64,000 bases of DNA from a virus. Below, piece after piece: positions 47,123 to 57,610 of the stretch (position 1 is its first letter; the number at the start of each line of letters is the position of its first letter). The stretch is from positions 1 to 64,000 of IMG/VR virus record IMGVR_UViG_3300025705_000005. The stretch is one strand, 5' to 3'. Made by a program: the position numbers and the translations under genes. The notes below the pieces were generated by a model. That model ran no database searches and was not told the DNA's origin. It saw only the letters and a program-made list of their open reading frames with translations.

Positions 47123-49189
47123 CTAACTAAATCTATTGGTGTATTTGTGTGGAATTTCCCAAGGTTCGAGGTCATCGGGTGTTGGGTCGTTAGGTGGTAA
47201 AACATTTGGAGAATACATATCAGCTGCGAAACTATTTGGTTGGTCAAATGCTTCACCCAATTCCCCACCAACTAAAATATCAGGTCTATCTAACTTACCC
47301 CAAACAAATTTACTATTACCTTGCTTATCTTTAACTTCAGTAATTGTAGCGGTTCTACCACTCATTAAAGAACCAGTGCCAGGTGCTCCAAACGCCCCAT
47401 CTAAATCTAATCTAACTTTTACTGTAATATCTACATCATCTCTGTTTTGAATTGCCGATGCTAATTTACCAATTGCTATTAAATCACCATTTGGATTGTA
47501 TAACCCAATTGCTGTATAGTAATTCTTAAAATCAGAACCAGTAACAAACCCTTTCATTATAGAACTATTTGCATTGTTATTTAATTTCAACGTTGGGTTT
47601 TGAGATACATTAAATTCATTAGAACCTACTTCACATAATATATTTAATTCATGTAACGTTTTTGATGATTTGTATTTAGTAAGGTGTCCCCATTGAGATA
47701 CATTTGTAGTTCCAACTTCAGTACCATAATCCCAATTTCCAGTCTGCCCTGTCCAAATATATCTATATTTTGGTCTTGGGTCTGATACTACCATTAATCC
47801 GTGATTATAAAATACTTCACCAACTACGTTAGTTTGAAATGCTGAACCTGTTAAATAATCATTGTTTGCTAATGATTTTATTTCGTTAGTAGATAATGCT
47901 TTATTGTAAATACGGAACTCATCTAACGAACCACTTAATACATTATGGTCTGTTGCTTTATCCTCAGCCCACCCATCTGATAGAGTTTTACTACCCAATG
48001 TGATATCGTATGTATTAGTTATACCTTTTAGTGTAATTACTTTGTTACTACCACTTGTAGGTAATAACCCTGTACTTTCTTTAACACCATCAATCCATAG
48101 CTCTAATTTTTCAGCGTTTTTATTAAAACAAATATGATGAGGTAAGTTATCATTTATTTTAGTTGTTGATTCGGCTACTACAGTTTGATTTCCGTTTGAT
48201 AAAGATATCGTAACTTTTCCACTATCCGCCCCAGTTGTTTGATTTTTTACTTCAATATCAAACGGATAGATTGGTGATACTATATTTCTTCTTCTTAATT
48301 CATCTTGTAGTAATTGGTTTTGTCCGTAATCTTTTTCAGTTCCTCTTTTAGATACTATCGTATTAAACGAAGTTGCTGTATCTTTTTGAGTTGTTGGTAA
48401 GTGAGTCCATATTGATAATGAGTAATCTGTTGTTTCGAAAAACTCATACTCTTTTTTGTGGTCTATTCTAATGTATGATTTATCACCATCGAATGCTACC
48501 TTAGTTCCGGCTGCTAGTTGAAAATCTCCAGTAGTGTTTATGCCGGGTAAATAGTTTACATTCCTACCAACTCCATTATTTAAGTAACCACTTCTATCTT
48601 CAATTACATCATCGTAATTTGTGTATCTTGGAACTACCTCATCGTTGAATCCCCAATAACCTACTAAGTTACCAAATGGAACATACGAACCAGTATCTAA
48701 ACCATCATCATATAAATGACCGTGGAATTCATCAACTTTTAAATCTTTTAAAATTATTGATTTACAATTTGATGAAGTCATAGAAGTATCAATAACTTCT
48801 ACACTACCAAATTTAATACCATCACCTATTCTGTTTTGTGGAACTGAGAATATTGATGCAGATGCATATAAATCTCTTTCAATTCTAGGTCTATGTTTGA
48901 AAAACATTTGGTTGAGGCCTGACCATACAACTTTTTGATGTTTTAATTTAATAAACGGAGTATTTCCAGAAGATGAATTATCTATCTGGTCGGTTTCTCT
49001 GTATGCTGGGATTGATATTGATTCCGAAACATTAATCTTCTCACCAAAAGCTGGGGATATACCTTTTATTACCGAAATTAAAAACGAATCACTTCGTTGA
49101 TTAATATCAGTAACTACCCAGCGCTTGTGAGTATTGAATGGTCTTAATTGTATGCCACCCCCATTGATTGGTTTGTAAGCTGTTGCCAT
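47123..49189 (-). CDS. Baseplate/tail-associated protein with LamG domain
   Basis: LamG motifs (FDG, SLSIW, GSLDEFRIYNKALS); C-terminal IGLYN..GDLIAIGKL domain shared with 49220..50278. Confidence 0.65.
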   Translation of the reverse strand: MATAYKPINGGGIQLRPFNTHKRWVVTDINQRSDSFLISVIKGISPAFGEKINVSESISIPAYRETDQIDNSSSGNTPFIKLKHQKVVWSGLNQMFFKHRPRIERDLYASASIFSVPQNRIGDGIKFGSVEVIDTSMTSSNCKSIILKDLKVDEFHGHLYDDGLDTGSYVPFGNLVGYWGFNDEVVPRYTNYDDVIEDRSGYLNNGVGRNVNYLPGINTTGDFQLAAGTKVAFDGDKSYIRIDHKKEYEFFETTDYSLSIWTHLPTTQKDTATSFNTIVSKRGTEKDYGQNQLLQDELRRRNIVSPIYPFDIEVKNQTTGADSGKVTISLSNGNQTVVAESTTKINDNLPHHICFNKNAEKLELWIDGVKESTGLLPTSGSNKVITLKGITNTYDITLGSKTLSDGWAEDKATDHNVLSGSLDEFRIYNKALSTNEIKSLANNDYLTGSAFQTNVVGEVFYNHGLMVVSDPRPKYRYIWTGQTGNWDYGTEVGTTNVSQWGHLTKYKSSKTLHELNILCEVGSNEFNVSQNPTLKLNNNANSSIMKGFVTGSDFKNYYTAIGLYNPNGDLIAIGKLASAIQNRDDVDITVKVRLDLDGAFGAPGTGSLMSGRTATITEVKDKQGNSKFVWGKLDRPDILVGGELGEAFDQPNSFAADMYSPNVLPPNDPTPDDLEPWEIPHKYTNRFS

Positions 49190-49219
49190 GCGGTTTCATT
49201 ATCGTTCTTAAAATATTAT

Positions 49220-50278
49220 TTAAAAGTCTAACTTAACTTTCACCAATACTTCATTTGAAAATGATTTTAAAATTGGTTTAGATAACTTAGCCACTGCTAA
49301 TAGTTCTTGTGTGCTATTGTATAATCCAACAGTCGTAATATACGATTTAGGATTGTTTGCAAATGTGGTTTGTTTAAATGCCCCATTTGAACCAGTAGTA
49401 AAAGACGGATTGTTTGAGAAGTTATACTCACCATTCTTAGCTCTTATGAAATAGAATGTTGATTGTACTTTTTCTTCATTTCTTGCTGCAAATCCGTTAT
49501 TAGCGTTAATAGCGGCCGCTCCACTAATTGATGTAAATAATCTGAATGCATTATCACCATTTGTGTTTGAAGCTACATTAGTACCAAAATTTAATTGTGC
49601 TAAATCTAACTTCTGAGCATTTAGTATAATAACACCCTGCTCAGGATATACAGAACCATATTCAATAGCTGAATTTTCAACTCCGTTTAGGATTGAACCT
49701 GAAACTAAACTATATACTCTACCAATTTGTGTTGCTGCTTGTTGAGTATCTCCACTATTATCAATTAAGTTGATTACTAAGTTAGAAGAATCTACTGCCG
49801 GAGTTGATGCTCCATTAAGTTTAGCTAAATTTAATTGGAAGTTACCTGGATCTAATCTATCTTTCAATCTAGCACGATTCATATTAATTGCGTAAATGTG
49901 CTGAGTTGCTGTATTGTTAAACTTAAATACTCTCTGATTATCAGGAAGTAGGATTTGTGCGTATTGTGAATAGATTGCATTAGATGGAGAATCTTCATTC
50001 TGCCCTAATGAACCACTACCTTGGTTGTGCCCATATGTTATTGAAAATTGCGATTCAGATGTAACTGCTGTAGATATCCCATCGAATACCTCATAGTAGT
50101 ATTGTTTCTGAATATCTGATTGTGCTGAAGATGTATGAAATGATGTTAACGTTCCTACGTTACCACTCCACAAACCTCTTGTCACTTTTTCTACACCACC
50201 TTCTACTACATCACCTACTTTTAGTGCTGTGTAAACTCTTTTTGATGTATTAAACGAACCTGCTGGTAAAATTGCCAT
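49220..50278 (-). CDS. Virion structural (baseplate-region) protein
   Basis: C-terminal YITTVGLYNSTQELLAVAKLSKP; located in the baseplate block. Confidence 0.6.
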   Translation of the reverse strand: MAILPAGSFNTSKRVYTALKVGDVVEGGVEKVTRGLWSGNVGTLTSFHTSSAQSDIQKQYYYEVFDGISTAVTSESQFSITYGHNQGSGSLGQNEDSPSNAIYSQYAQILLPDNQRVFKFNNTATQHIYAINMNRARLKDRLDPGNFQLNLAKLNGASTPAVDSSNLVINLIDNSGDTQQAATQIGRVYSLVSGSILNGVENSAIEYGSVYPEQGVIILNAQKLDLAQLNFGTNVASNTNGDNAFRLFTSISGAAAINANNGFAARNEEKVQSTFYFIRAKNGEYNFSNNPSFTTGSNGAFKQTTFANNPKSYITTVGLYNSTQELLAVAKLSKPILKSFSNEVLVKVKLDF

Positions 50279-50295
50279 ATCTATTCCCTATTTCT

Positions 50296-50958
50296 TTATA
50301 TTGTTGAATCCAATGTGTTACCTACTGAAATATCAGGGTTGTTAGTTACAGTTAAATCAATTTCTGTTCTACCACCTGTTTCATTTCCGATAACAAATAT
50401 TTTTGTTGAAATATCTGTGTTATCTGCTAATACTTTAGTATTAATTGTAAATGTACTATTTGTACTAATAGTAACACTTCTTCTATCTTCATTAGCACCA
50501 ACTGCATCTGCGTTGTTTGCTATCCCACTACCATCACCTATTACAGATGCCGCATCTGAGTTCAATAACGTTACAGTATAACCTAATGTATCATTTCCAC
50601 CATTTTTAGTAGTTAATGTTACAGTCTGTGATTGTCCACCTTCTTCTAAACTAATTGAGCTTGGGTTTGATTGAATAATTGGAATTCTGATTGTATTTTT
50701 TGGAAGTGTTAACAACTTATATCTTAATGAGTAATTCTCATCTGTTACTGCCTCTACTATTGGCATGTTTTCTATTATGATACCATAATAGTCCGAACCT
50801 AGCGGATGCGCTGGATTCCATAGTTCGTAGTCTACCTCATCATCTGCCAATGCGAACTGACTGATTACGAAGAAGTCTCTACCTTTTGCTAGAAGCTCTC
50901 TACCTTTTTTGGTAAGAATAGCGTCTACTGTTATTGATGAATTATCTAAATATCCCAT
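50296..50958 (-). CDS. Virion structural (baseplate-region) protein
   Basis: MGYLDNSSITVDAILTKKGRELLA...FALADDEVDY followed by an Ig-like beta-rich C-terminus. Confidence 0.6.
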   Translation of the reverse strand: MGYLDNSSITVDAILTKKGRELLAKGRDFFVISQFALADDEVDYELWNPAHPLGSDYYGIIIENMPIVEAVTDENYSLRYKLLTLPKNTIRIPIIQSNPSSISLEEGGQSQTVTLTTKNGGNDTLGYTVTLLNSDAASVIGDGSGIANNADAVGANEDRRSVTISTNSTFTINTKVLADNTDISTKIFVIGNETGGRTEIDLTVTNNPDISVGNTLDSTI

Positions 50959-50989
50959 TTGTTATACCCTTTTACAATTTGTTTTCTTA

Positions 50990-50997
50990 TATAAATA
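50990..50997 (-). promoter_or_regulatory. TATTTATA putative late-promoter element
   Basis: Recurrent intergenic octamer. Confidence 0.55.
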
Positions 50998-51037
50998 TTA
51001 AAAAAAAACTTTTTACACTAACTTTTAATATTTTTGA

Positions 51038-52129
51038 TTAGTATCTTTGTTTTCTATCCTCTTTATCATACTTCACACATAAATCTTCTTCGGTGTTATC
51101 ACCACCCAAAGATTTTCTTAATACATCTAAAATCTCTCTTTTTTCTTCGTAATTTTCGAATGGAGATTTCTGTGATGGTCTGATAAGTATATCCGTTTCT
51201 TTAGTTGCTGATTGAGAATCAAAATCGGATTCATCACTTTCAACTATATCTCTATGTGGAACTATTGGTCTACCTAAACGGATTTCCATTTGCTTCATTT
51301 CTTTAATAGTTCGTTCTATCTTATTTAAACCATCTAACTCAGGATTTCTTTGTATCTTCTCCTGCTGTTCTATAATTATCTCTTCTTCTAAAAAAGTTGA
51401 AACGTTTTTTTCTGTTTTTGTATTTGTAAGCATTTTAACTTCTTTTTGCTTTCTTAACTTCTCTTCTTCAAGACGCTTAACCATTTTATCTTTTAGAGCT
51501 TTCTTCTGTTGTAATATCAATTCAGCATTACGAATAGATTCTGCTTTAATCTTATCAATATCCTTATCCTTTATAGATTTTTCTCCTACAATATCTGGAT
51601 ACTTCTTTTTAAGATATATATCGAAATCAATTCTCATTTGCTTCAATTCTTCTCTGAACATTTCTCTTCTCTTAATCTCATCTTGAAAAGCTTCTTGTAT
51701 CTTTAAGAATCGTTCATCTTCAATCTCCCTACGTTCAACTTCTTCTATATATATCCTACGCTTATCTTCTTCGTTATAATCTTTAACATCTAATACTGGG
51801 TCTGACAGGATTTCTTCTGCTTTTGGATTTAGTATATCATGTATAATTGAATCTACACTACCATCCAATGTAGGTAATGGTTTTACTAAGTTGATTAAAT
51901 CTTTTTCTTTTACCTTATCATCTTTAGTGATTACTATATTGTCCTTTAAAGGTTTTCCTATTTTTATTAAAACTTCAGGATCTTTTATTGCCTTAGATAT
52001 CTTAGTAGATTCATCAACGTTTCTTTTAGGGTCTTTAATTAATGGTCTAGATATACGCTCGCTCATTCGTTTATCGATTAGTTTATTTAATCGATTACCA
52101 CTGTCTCTTATATTTCTTCTACTTGCCAT
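51038..52129 (-). CDS. Highly charged helical hypothetical protein
   Basis: 363 aa, K/E/R/D-rich, AGGAG SD. Confidence 0.6.
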   Translation of the reverse strand: MASRRNIRDSGNRLNKLIDKRMSERISRPLIKDPKRNVDESTKISKAIKDPEVLIKIGKPLKDNIVITKDDKVKEKDLINLVKPLPTLDGSVDSIIHDILNPKAEEILSDPVLDVKDYNEEDKRRIYIEEVERREIEDERFLKIQEAFQDEIKRREMFREELKQMRIDFDIYLKKKYPDIVGEKSIKDKDIDKIKAESIRNAELILQQKKALKDKMVKRLEEEKLRKQKEVKMLTNTKTEKNVSTFLEEEIIIEQQEKIQRNPELDGLNKIERTIKEMKQMEIRLGRPIVPHRDIVESDESDFDSQSATKETDILIRPSQKSPFENYEEKREILDVLRKSLGGDNTEEDLCVKYDKEDRKQRY

Positions 52130-52142
52130 ATCTTATCTCCTA

Positions 52143-55100
52143 TTAAAAAGGTGAACCATTCTTTATATCAAATTCTTTTCTTCTGAACATTTCTGAATCA
52201 CGAAGTTTTAATTCTTTTTTATATCTCACATCAAACTCATCTGCTCTTGCATCTTCAATAGAAATCATTTTCTCTATCTTTCTTCTGAACTCTTGTAACT
52301 CTCTTCTGTACTCTTTAAGTCGTTTCCAATAAAGGTCATCATTGATTATTAAATCATCAATATCTAATGTACCCAACCCAGTTCCAGATATAACATCTAA
52401 GTTTCCTTCTTCTGATGTTTGTGATGTGTTTATTAACACATTAGGGTCTGCTTTAAATATTTCTATTACAGGTTTTCCATCTGGAGTATCAGGTGAATTT
52501 GTTGTTAGTGAGTCAGATGTCATCTTACATCCTAAGAATCTTAAATTCTCAACTGCTAATGGTAATTCATCTGTTGATACCTGAGATGGGATTAGTGATG
52601 ATGAGTTTGGAAGATTCATAGATGCTGATAGTTCCGAACTAAAGAACAACTTCACACTCTGTGCATATTGTGATGGTTTACTATTTACTATATTAGTTGC
52701 AATTGGGTTGTAGTTCCAACTTCCATTTGAACCAGTATTCCAATTTAAGCCAGCCCCAACATCCGCACCTGCTTTGTAAACAGGTATTGTGTATTTGTAT
52801 GTTGATGGTGCGTACATATCTTTAATTTGTGGATTACCTACATCTTCTACATCATCTTTTTGTGATGTAATAATAAACAGATTATCTAAATCTATAGAAT
52901 CACCTTCATAAAGTATATTTTCAGCTGATATGTTGTATGAATTTGTTATTTCAGTTTCATAACCAACTTCTTCTGCAGATATGTTGTATGAATTTGTTAT
53001 TTCAGTTTCAAATAAATGAAAAGATGATTCTAATGGTCTTTCCATTGTTGCTATTGTTACATCATACATAGGTCTAGTCTGAGTTACCTTTGAAAATGAT
53101 TTAACTTTAGGTCTTTCTAAAATATGTGGTTCTATTAATATACCTGAGTTGTAATCAACCCTAGCTGGCATCGTTTGTCTAATTTGTTCAAACACCGACA
53201 TATCGTATTTAGCAAGAATATCAATCGTATTATTGATTAAGTTTTTGTTTGAGTATTTTTTAAATACTTGTCTACGAACATAATCTAATTGTTCGTTTTG
53301 TTCTGTATATCCACTTCTGTTATCAGGATCGCCAATTAAATTATCTATTTCAAAATAACCTGTATGGTTTATGATATCATCGTTATACATTTTAGTAGCG
53401 GCTAAATAAACACCCACCACATTTGAATCAACTGGTGCTGAATCGTATTGGGATTTTTCTACTTTGTTATCTGTATTTAATACACCTCTCAATGGGTTAC
53501 TCTCAACTCTAACTTTATTATTCATAATATTGTTAGCCCCAGCTGATGGTACTTTTGTGTAGTACTCTTCAGTTACACCAATCAAATCATCGTTTTCAAA
53601 ATTAAATAATGATGCTGATAGTATATAATTGTTTTCTGTTTTAAATACTTTTTGATTCGGATGCTGTGATGCATGTGAATCAGGATTGTTAATTGTCTTT
53701 AAATTAGAATCTGGTAAAAATCTAAACTTTAAATCAAAGTAAGATGATGTCATAGCGTTACCATGATATGATTCTCTAGATAGAGTATGTTCATCGATAA
53801 CAATATCTTTTAATGCTTCAGCCCAATATCTAATCTCTTGAATAGAACCACTCATTGGATTTACATCACCCCAAATGGTTGGGGCTCCTGATATAGTTCC
53901 GAATGAATTACCAAATTCAACAGTACCACTATCTACCCAAGCTTTATTATATGATGATTCGGTTGAACCATTAATTGATATACTAGCAGATTCACTTATT
54001 GTTATTCTATCTTTTTTATTTTTTCTATACTGTAGTTTGTATATGTTATCTTTAGTTATATCATCAACTGAATTTTCTCTTTCAATTAATAATGTACCCA
54101 TAAGAGAATCAAATATATTCACATCATTTATAGATGCTGATTTATATCCACCACTTCCACTTAAATAAAAGTGTATGTTACCTTTAGAGTTACTTAAATC
54201 GGTTGGTGTAGTTGATTCATATAATACTGCAAAATCATTTCCTTTTCTGATTATACCAGTATCTCTATTTAAGTTTTGTTGAAGTTGTATTTCTATAACA
54301 TCTATTGGGTTTGGGTCATTAATTTCATAAGTTGCTGGGTCTATATCAGTAACCTTATCCCAAGGAACTGTAATGTAGTTATCTTTATCCATTCTTAAAT
54401 GGTAAACAAATCTATCATGTTCCCAATATTGCCTTACATTATTTTCAATTATAGGTCCACCATATTCTCTAATTGATAAGAATGTTTGTGGAATACCATA
54501 TGTAGCAATTAATGCTTTAACGGCTCTTGCCGAACCTTTTGTTTTTAGAAGATATGGAATATTGTTTACAATTCTTCTCCATACTTCATTATTAATTTGT
54601 TCGTGTGATTTAGATGGGAGTGAACCACTATTAGGTACATTACCAAACTTATCAGTTCCCAATCCAAACTCCCATAACTCAGATGTATCTTTACCATGTG
54701 TTAGTTTCCAACCCATAGATTTTGCTACATCATAAAGAAGTTCGTTTGGCATACCATCGTATGGATGTTCTTCTCTTTCGTTAACAGATGTTAATGCGTT
54801 TATATAAGACCAAGTTATATCAAAATGATGCCCAATCATATCTACGAATAAAACATATTCTTGATTTAACGGGTCCTCAACAATTGAGGCTGGTACTACT
54901 TTTGTTAATCTAGCATCGTTAAGTGAATCAAAGATACTTGCCGAATCTATTAAACCATTATAAGCGCTTATTGCTTCAGATGAAGTTACACTATAATTTA
55001 CATTAGGATATGTACTTTGCTTTGGCCAAGGATGTAATTGGAAATTGGAAGAACTATAATGAGTATATAAAGAACCAGTAGATTCTTGATACATCCAACG

Positions 55101-56582
55101 CTCCCAACCATCCATACCACTTACAACATTATCTTTTCTTGATATAGATTGTGATATATTTGTTGATGCATCCGAACCACTTACTGATTCTAATGTATTT
55201 ATTCTTGCATCAAATTGTTCTATAAGAGATAGTTTGTATTTTAGATTATTTACACGCTCAACAGCTGATGAGTATTTTACAAAGTTACCAAAGTATGTGT
55301 AATCTAAATTAAGATTCACATTACCAAACGAACCACTAATATACTTATCAATTATTTGTTGTGAAGTTGAAAGGTTAGTATCTAATAAATCATTCCAACT
55401 TTTTAAATCAGTACCTTGAGATTTCCCATAGTTACCCATATCAATCTTAAAGTTTGGTGCTGAGAAGTTAGGTTGTTCTGATGGTTTATCTATATCATAT
55501 AATAGTACTCTATCAATGTAAGATTCCCTTACCATATTATCAATAGTACAATTGAATGGGGATAACCCATCTTTTAAAGGTTTGTATAATTTTATTATTA
55601 CACTATGAAGTTTAGATGGGACAAATGATTCATCGTAGTATCTAACTTTAGAATATTTTTTAATATCGGAGTACCCTCTAGTCCAATTACTTATAGGAGG
55701 TCTGTTATAGTATTCGCACCCAGCTGGTATTGGGTATTGTAAATCAGTTATAGGATTTCCTTGAATGTAATACTCCTTCTCCCCATTTGCATTTGTTTCC
55801 TGTTGATACTCTGCGTTTCCGAATTCGTTTATTACTAAATTAAATCGTGCACTTCTTCCAGTAGCTCTGAAAACATTCTTTTGAAAGTTGTTGGGTAATT
55901 CATCATTGTAGAATTCAATCCATTGGTTTGCATCCTTACCCTCAGTTGATGGAGAAAAGAATGTTAGTGAACCATTAGTCATACTACCTGTGGGGTGTAA
56001 TACGTTTGTTACTATCTCACCTACTCTTTTATTGTTATAAAAACTAATATCAGTAATCATTGATATTTCGTTTTGCCCAAAGTTTAATGCTAAATTTAAC
56101 TTATCTCCAGCTTTTCCAATTCCTTGTTGAGGTGGGTTAGTTACAAGATTAAATAATGTTTGTAAATTATAGTTATCACTTTCTACTACTAATTCTAATT
56201 CAGTTCCATCTGAATTTATATTAGCAACCTTCATTGTAGGTGATAGTTTTTTTACAAAATTGTAAACTAAACTATAGTACCCTGAATCTAAATTACCTAA
56301 TCTAACATCACCTTCAGGTTTTACTAAGATATCAACATCTATATCTTCTTCTGTAGTATTATTTTGATAATTAATTGAATAAGGTTCATTTGAATGAACC
56401 AATTTATCTGCTGAAAATATATGTGATTCTACTAAAGTTTGTGTATCTAAATTACCTGTTTGTAATTTTAGTATATTTTTCTCTAAGTTTATAAAATCCG
56501 ATAAGGAATAAACTTGGACAGACTCTACAGGTACCTTTGATGATACTAATATATCCGTATTTTGAAATCTATCTATTCCCAT
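52143..56582 (-). CDS. Large baseplate wedge-like protein
   Basis: YLLKTKGSARAVKALIATYG...IREYGG resembles the gp7/P2 gpI-type wedge motif; 33-bp internal duplication 52927..52959 = 52978..53010. Confidence 0.6.
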   Translation of the reverse strand: MGIDRFQNTDILVSSKVPVESVQVYSLSDFINLEKNILKLQTGNLDTQTLVESHIFSADKLVHSNEPYSINYQNNTTEEDIDVDILVKPEGDVRLGNLDSGYYSLVYNFVKKLSPTMKVANINSDGTELELVVESDNYNLQTLFNLVTNPPQQGIGKAGDKLNLALNFGQNEISMITDISFYNNKRVGEIVTNVLHPTGSMTNGSLTFFSPSTEGKDANQWIEFYNDELPNNFQKNVFRATGRSARFNLVINEFGNAEYQQETNANGEKEYYIQGNPITDLQYPIPAGCEYYNRPPISNWTRGYSDIKKYSKVRYYDESFVPSKLHSVIIKLYKPLKDGLSPFNCTIDNMVRESYIDRVLLYDIDKPSEQPNFSAPNFKIDMGNYGKSQGTDLKSWNDLLDTNLSTSQQIIDKYISGSFGNVNLNLDYTYFGNFVKYSSAVERVNNLKYKLSLIEQFDARINTLESVSGSDASTNISQSISRKDNVVSGMDGWERWMYQESTGSLYTHYSSSNFQLHPWPKQSTYPNVNYSVTSSEAISAYNGLIDSASIFDSLNDARLTKVVPASIVEDPLNQEYVLFVDMIGHHFDITWSYINALTSVNEREEHPYDGMPNELLYDVAKSMGWKLTHGKDTSELWEFGLGTDKFGNVPNSGSLPSKSHEQINNEVWRRIVNNIPYLLKTKGSARAVKALIATYGIPQTFLSIREYGGPIIENNVRQYWEHDRFVYHLRMDKDNYITVPWDKVTDIDPATYEINDPNPIDVIEIQLQQNLNRDTGIIRKGNDFAVLYESTTPTDLSNSKGNIHFYLSGSGGYKSASINDVNIFDSLMGTLLIERENSVDDITKDNIYKLQYRKNKKDRITISESASISINGSTESSYNKAWVDSGTVEFGNSFGTISGAPTIWGDVNPMSGSIQEIRYWAEALKDIVIDEHTLSRESYHGNAMTSSYFDLKFRFLPDSNLKTINNPDSHASQHPNQKVFKTENNYILSASLFNFENDDLIGVTEEYYTKVPSAGANNIMNNKVRVESNPLRGVLNTDNKVEKSQYDSAPVDSNVVGVYLAATKMYNDDIINHTGYFEIDNLIGDPDNRSGYTEQNEQLDYVRRQVFKKYSNKNLINNTIDILAKYDMSVFEQIRQTMPARVDYNSGILIEPHILERPKVKSFSKVTQTRPMYDVTIATMERPLESSFHLFETEITNSYNISAEEVGYETEITNSYNISAENILYEGDSIDLDNLFIITSQKDDVEDVGNPQIKDMYAPSTYKYTIPVYKAGADVGAGLNWNTGSNGSWNYNPIATNIVNSKPSQYAQSVKLFFSSELSASMNLPNSSSLIPSQVSTDELPLAVENLRFLGCKMTSDSLTTNSPDTPDGKPVIEIFKADPNVLINTSQTSEEGNLDVISGTGLGTLDIDDLIINDDLYWKRLKEYRRELQEFRRKIEKMISIEDARADEFDVRYKKELKLRDSEMFRRKEFDIKNGSPF

Positions 56583-56596
56583 TTGTTACCTTTTTA

Positions 56597-57610
56597 TTAA
56601 TCTGCCCTAGTTTCAGTTTCTTGTGCTTCATCTTGATTTCCTATTGCTACATTTCCACCAGAAGCTACCGTATCACCGAATGGCGGCCAAGATATTGATG
56701 GTTCTTCAGGTAATTGTGCCGTTACTTCAAATACACACTTATGACCATAAATATAAACTCCATCATTAATCGAACCAAATACTGATGATATTTGGAATAA
56801 ATCATTTTCTACTAATTGTGAGTTTGGAATATCTAATACACATTGTAACATTGGGTATGATGGAGACGTGTACGTCTGTCCTTTTGTATTAAATCTATAT
56901 GTTGGGACAGCGAAATCACCAGCTCTTTGCCTTCGTATAGAAGCGTATGCTCCTACATCATTTCCATTAGAATGTGCTATACAAAAACTAACCACTGCTC
57001 TAATATTAAGGTTTCTTCCCGATTCTATTAATTCTTTAGTAACTCTATATCCAAAGTCTTGCAGTTCTGGTCCGAATACTTTAGTATCCCATCGTATTTC
57101 TTTATGACCTGCTGAAGTAAGGTATCCATCAGATTCATCCCTTACTCCATTATTATAGTAACTTACACCACCAAAGTGAGAATTCTGAAATGCGTACCCA
57201 TTTCCAACTTCATCAGGTTTTTTATCTCTAGCGGATTGGGCTGCTGATGATAATTCATATCTACCACTAAATTCATCTTTTGGTTCATCCTCTGGTTCTG
57301 CACCCTGAATGGATACTAATTTATTACCTTGAACTTCATATAGGTTTGATTCCTCTATAAAGTTTTGTTGTATTATTTCTAATGGTACTTCTGGTAGATT
57401 GACTATTAACTCATTTGATAATTGGTCAATAGTACGGTTAAATACAGATTCTTCATAGTTTGTAAAAACGGCTGGTACTTTTTTATACCCATACGCTAAC
57501 CCTGGTGTTTCATCCGTATCTATAGTATAAGACACAATCTGATTAGAGCTATTTCGTTTAATATCTCTAAGTTGTTGTTCTTGCTCTGTTGTTATATTTT
57601 GTTCTGCCAT
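56597..57610 (-). CDS. Hypothetical virion protein
   Basis: 337 aa, TAATG-coupled within the baseplate block. Confidence 0.55.
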   Translation of the reverse strand: MAEQNITTEQEQQLRDIKRNSSNQIVSYTIDTDETPGLAYGYKKVPAVFTNYEESVFNRTIDQLSNELIVNLPEVPLEIIQQNFIEESNLYEVQGNKLVSIQGAEPEDEPKDEFSGRYELSSAAQSARDKKPDEVGNGYAFQNSHFGGVSYYNNGVRDESDGYLTSAGHKEIRWDTKVFGPELQDFGYRVTKELIESGRNLNIRAVVSFCIAHSNGNDVGAYASIRRQRAGDFAVPTYRFNTKGQTYTSPSYPMLQCVLDIPNSQLVENDLFQISSVFGSINDGVYIYGHKCVFEVTAQLPEEPSISWPPFGDTVASGGNVAIGNQDEAQETETRAD

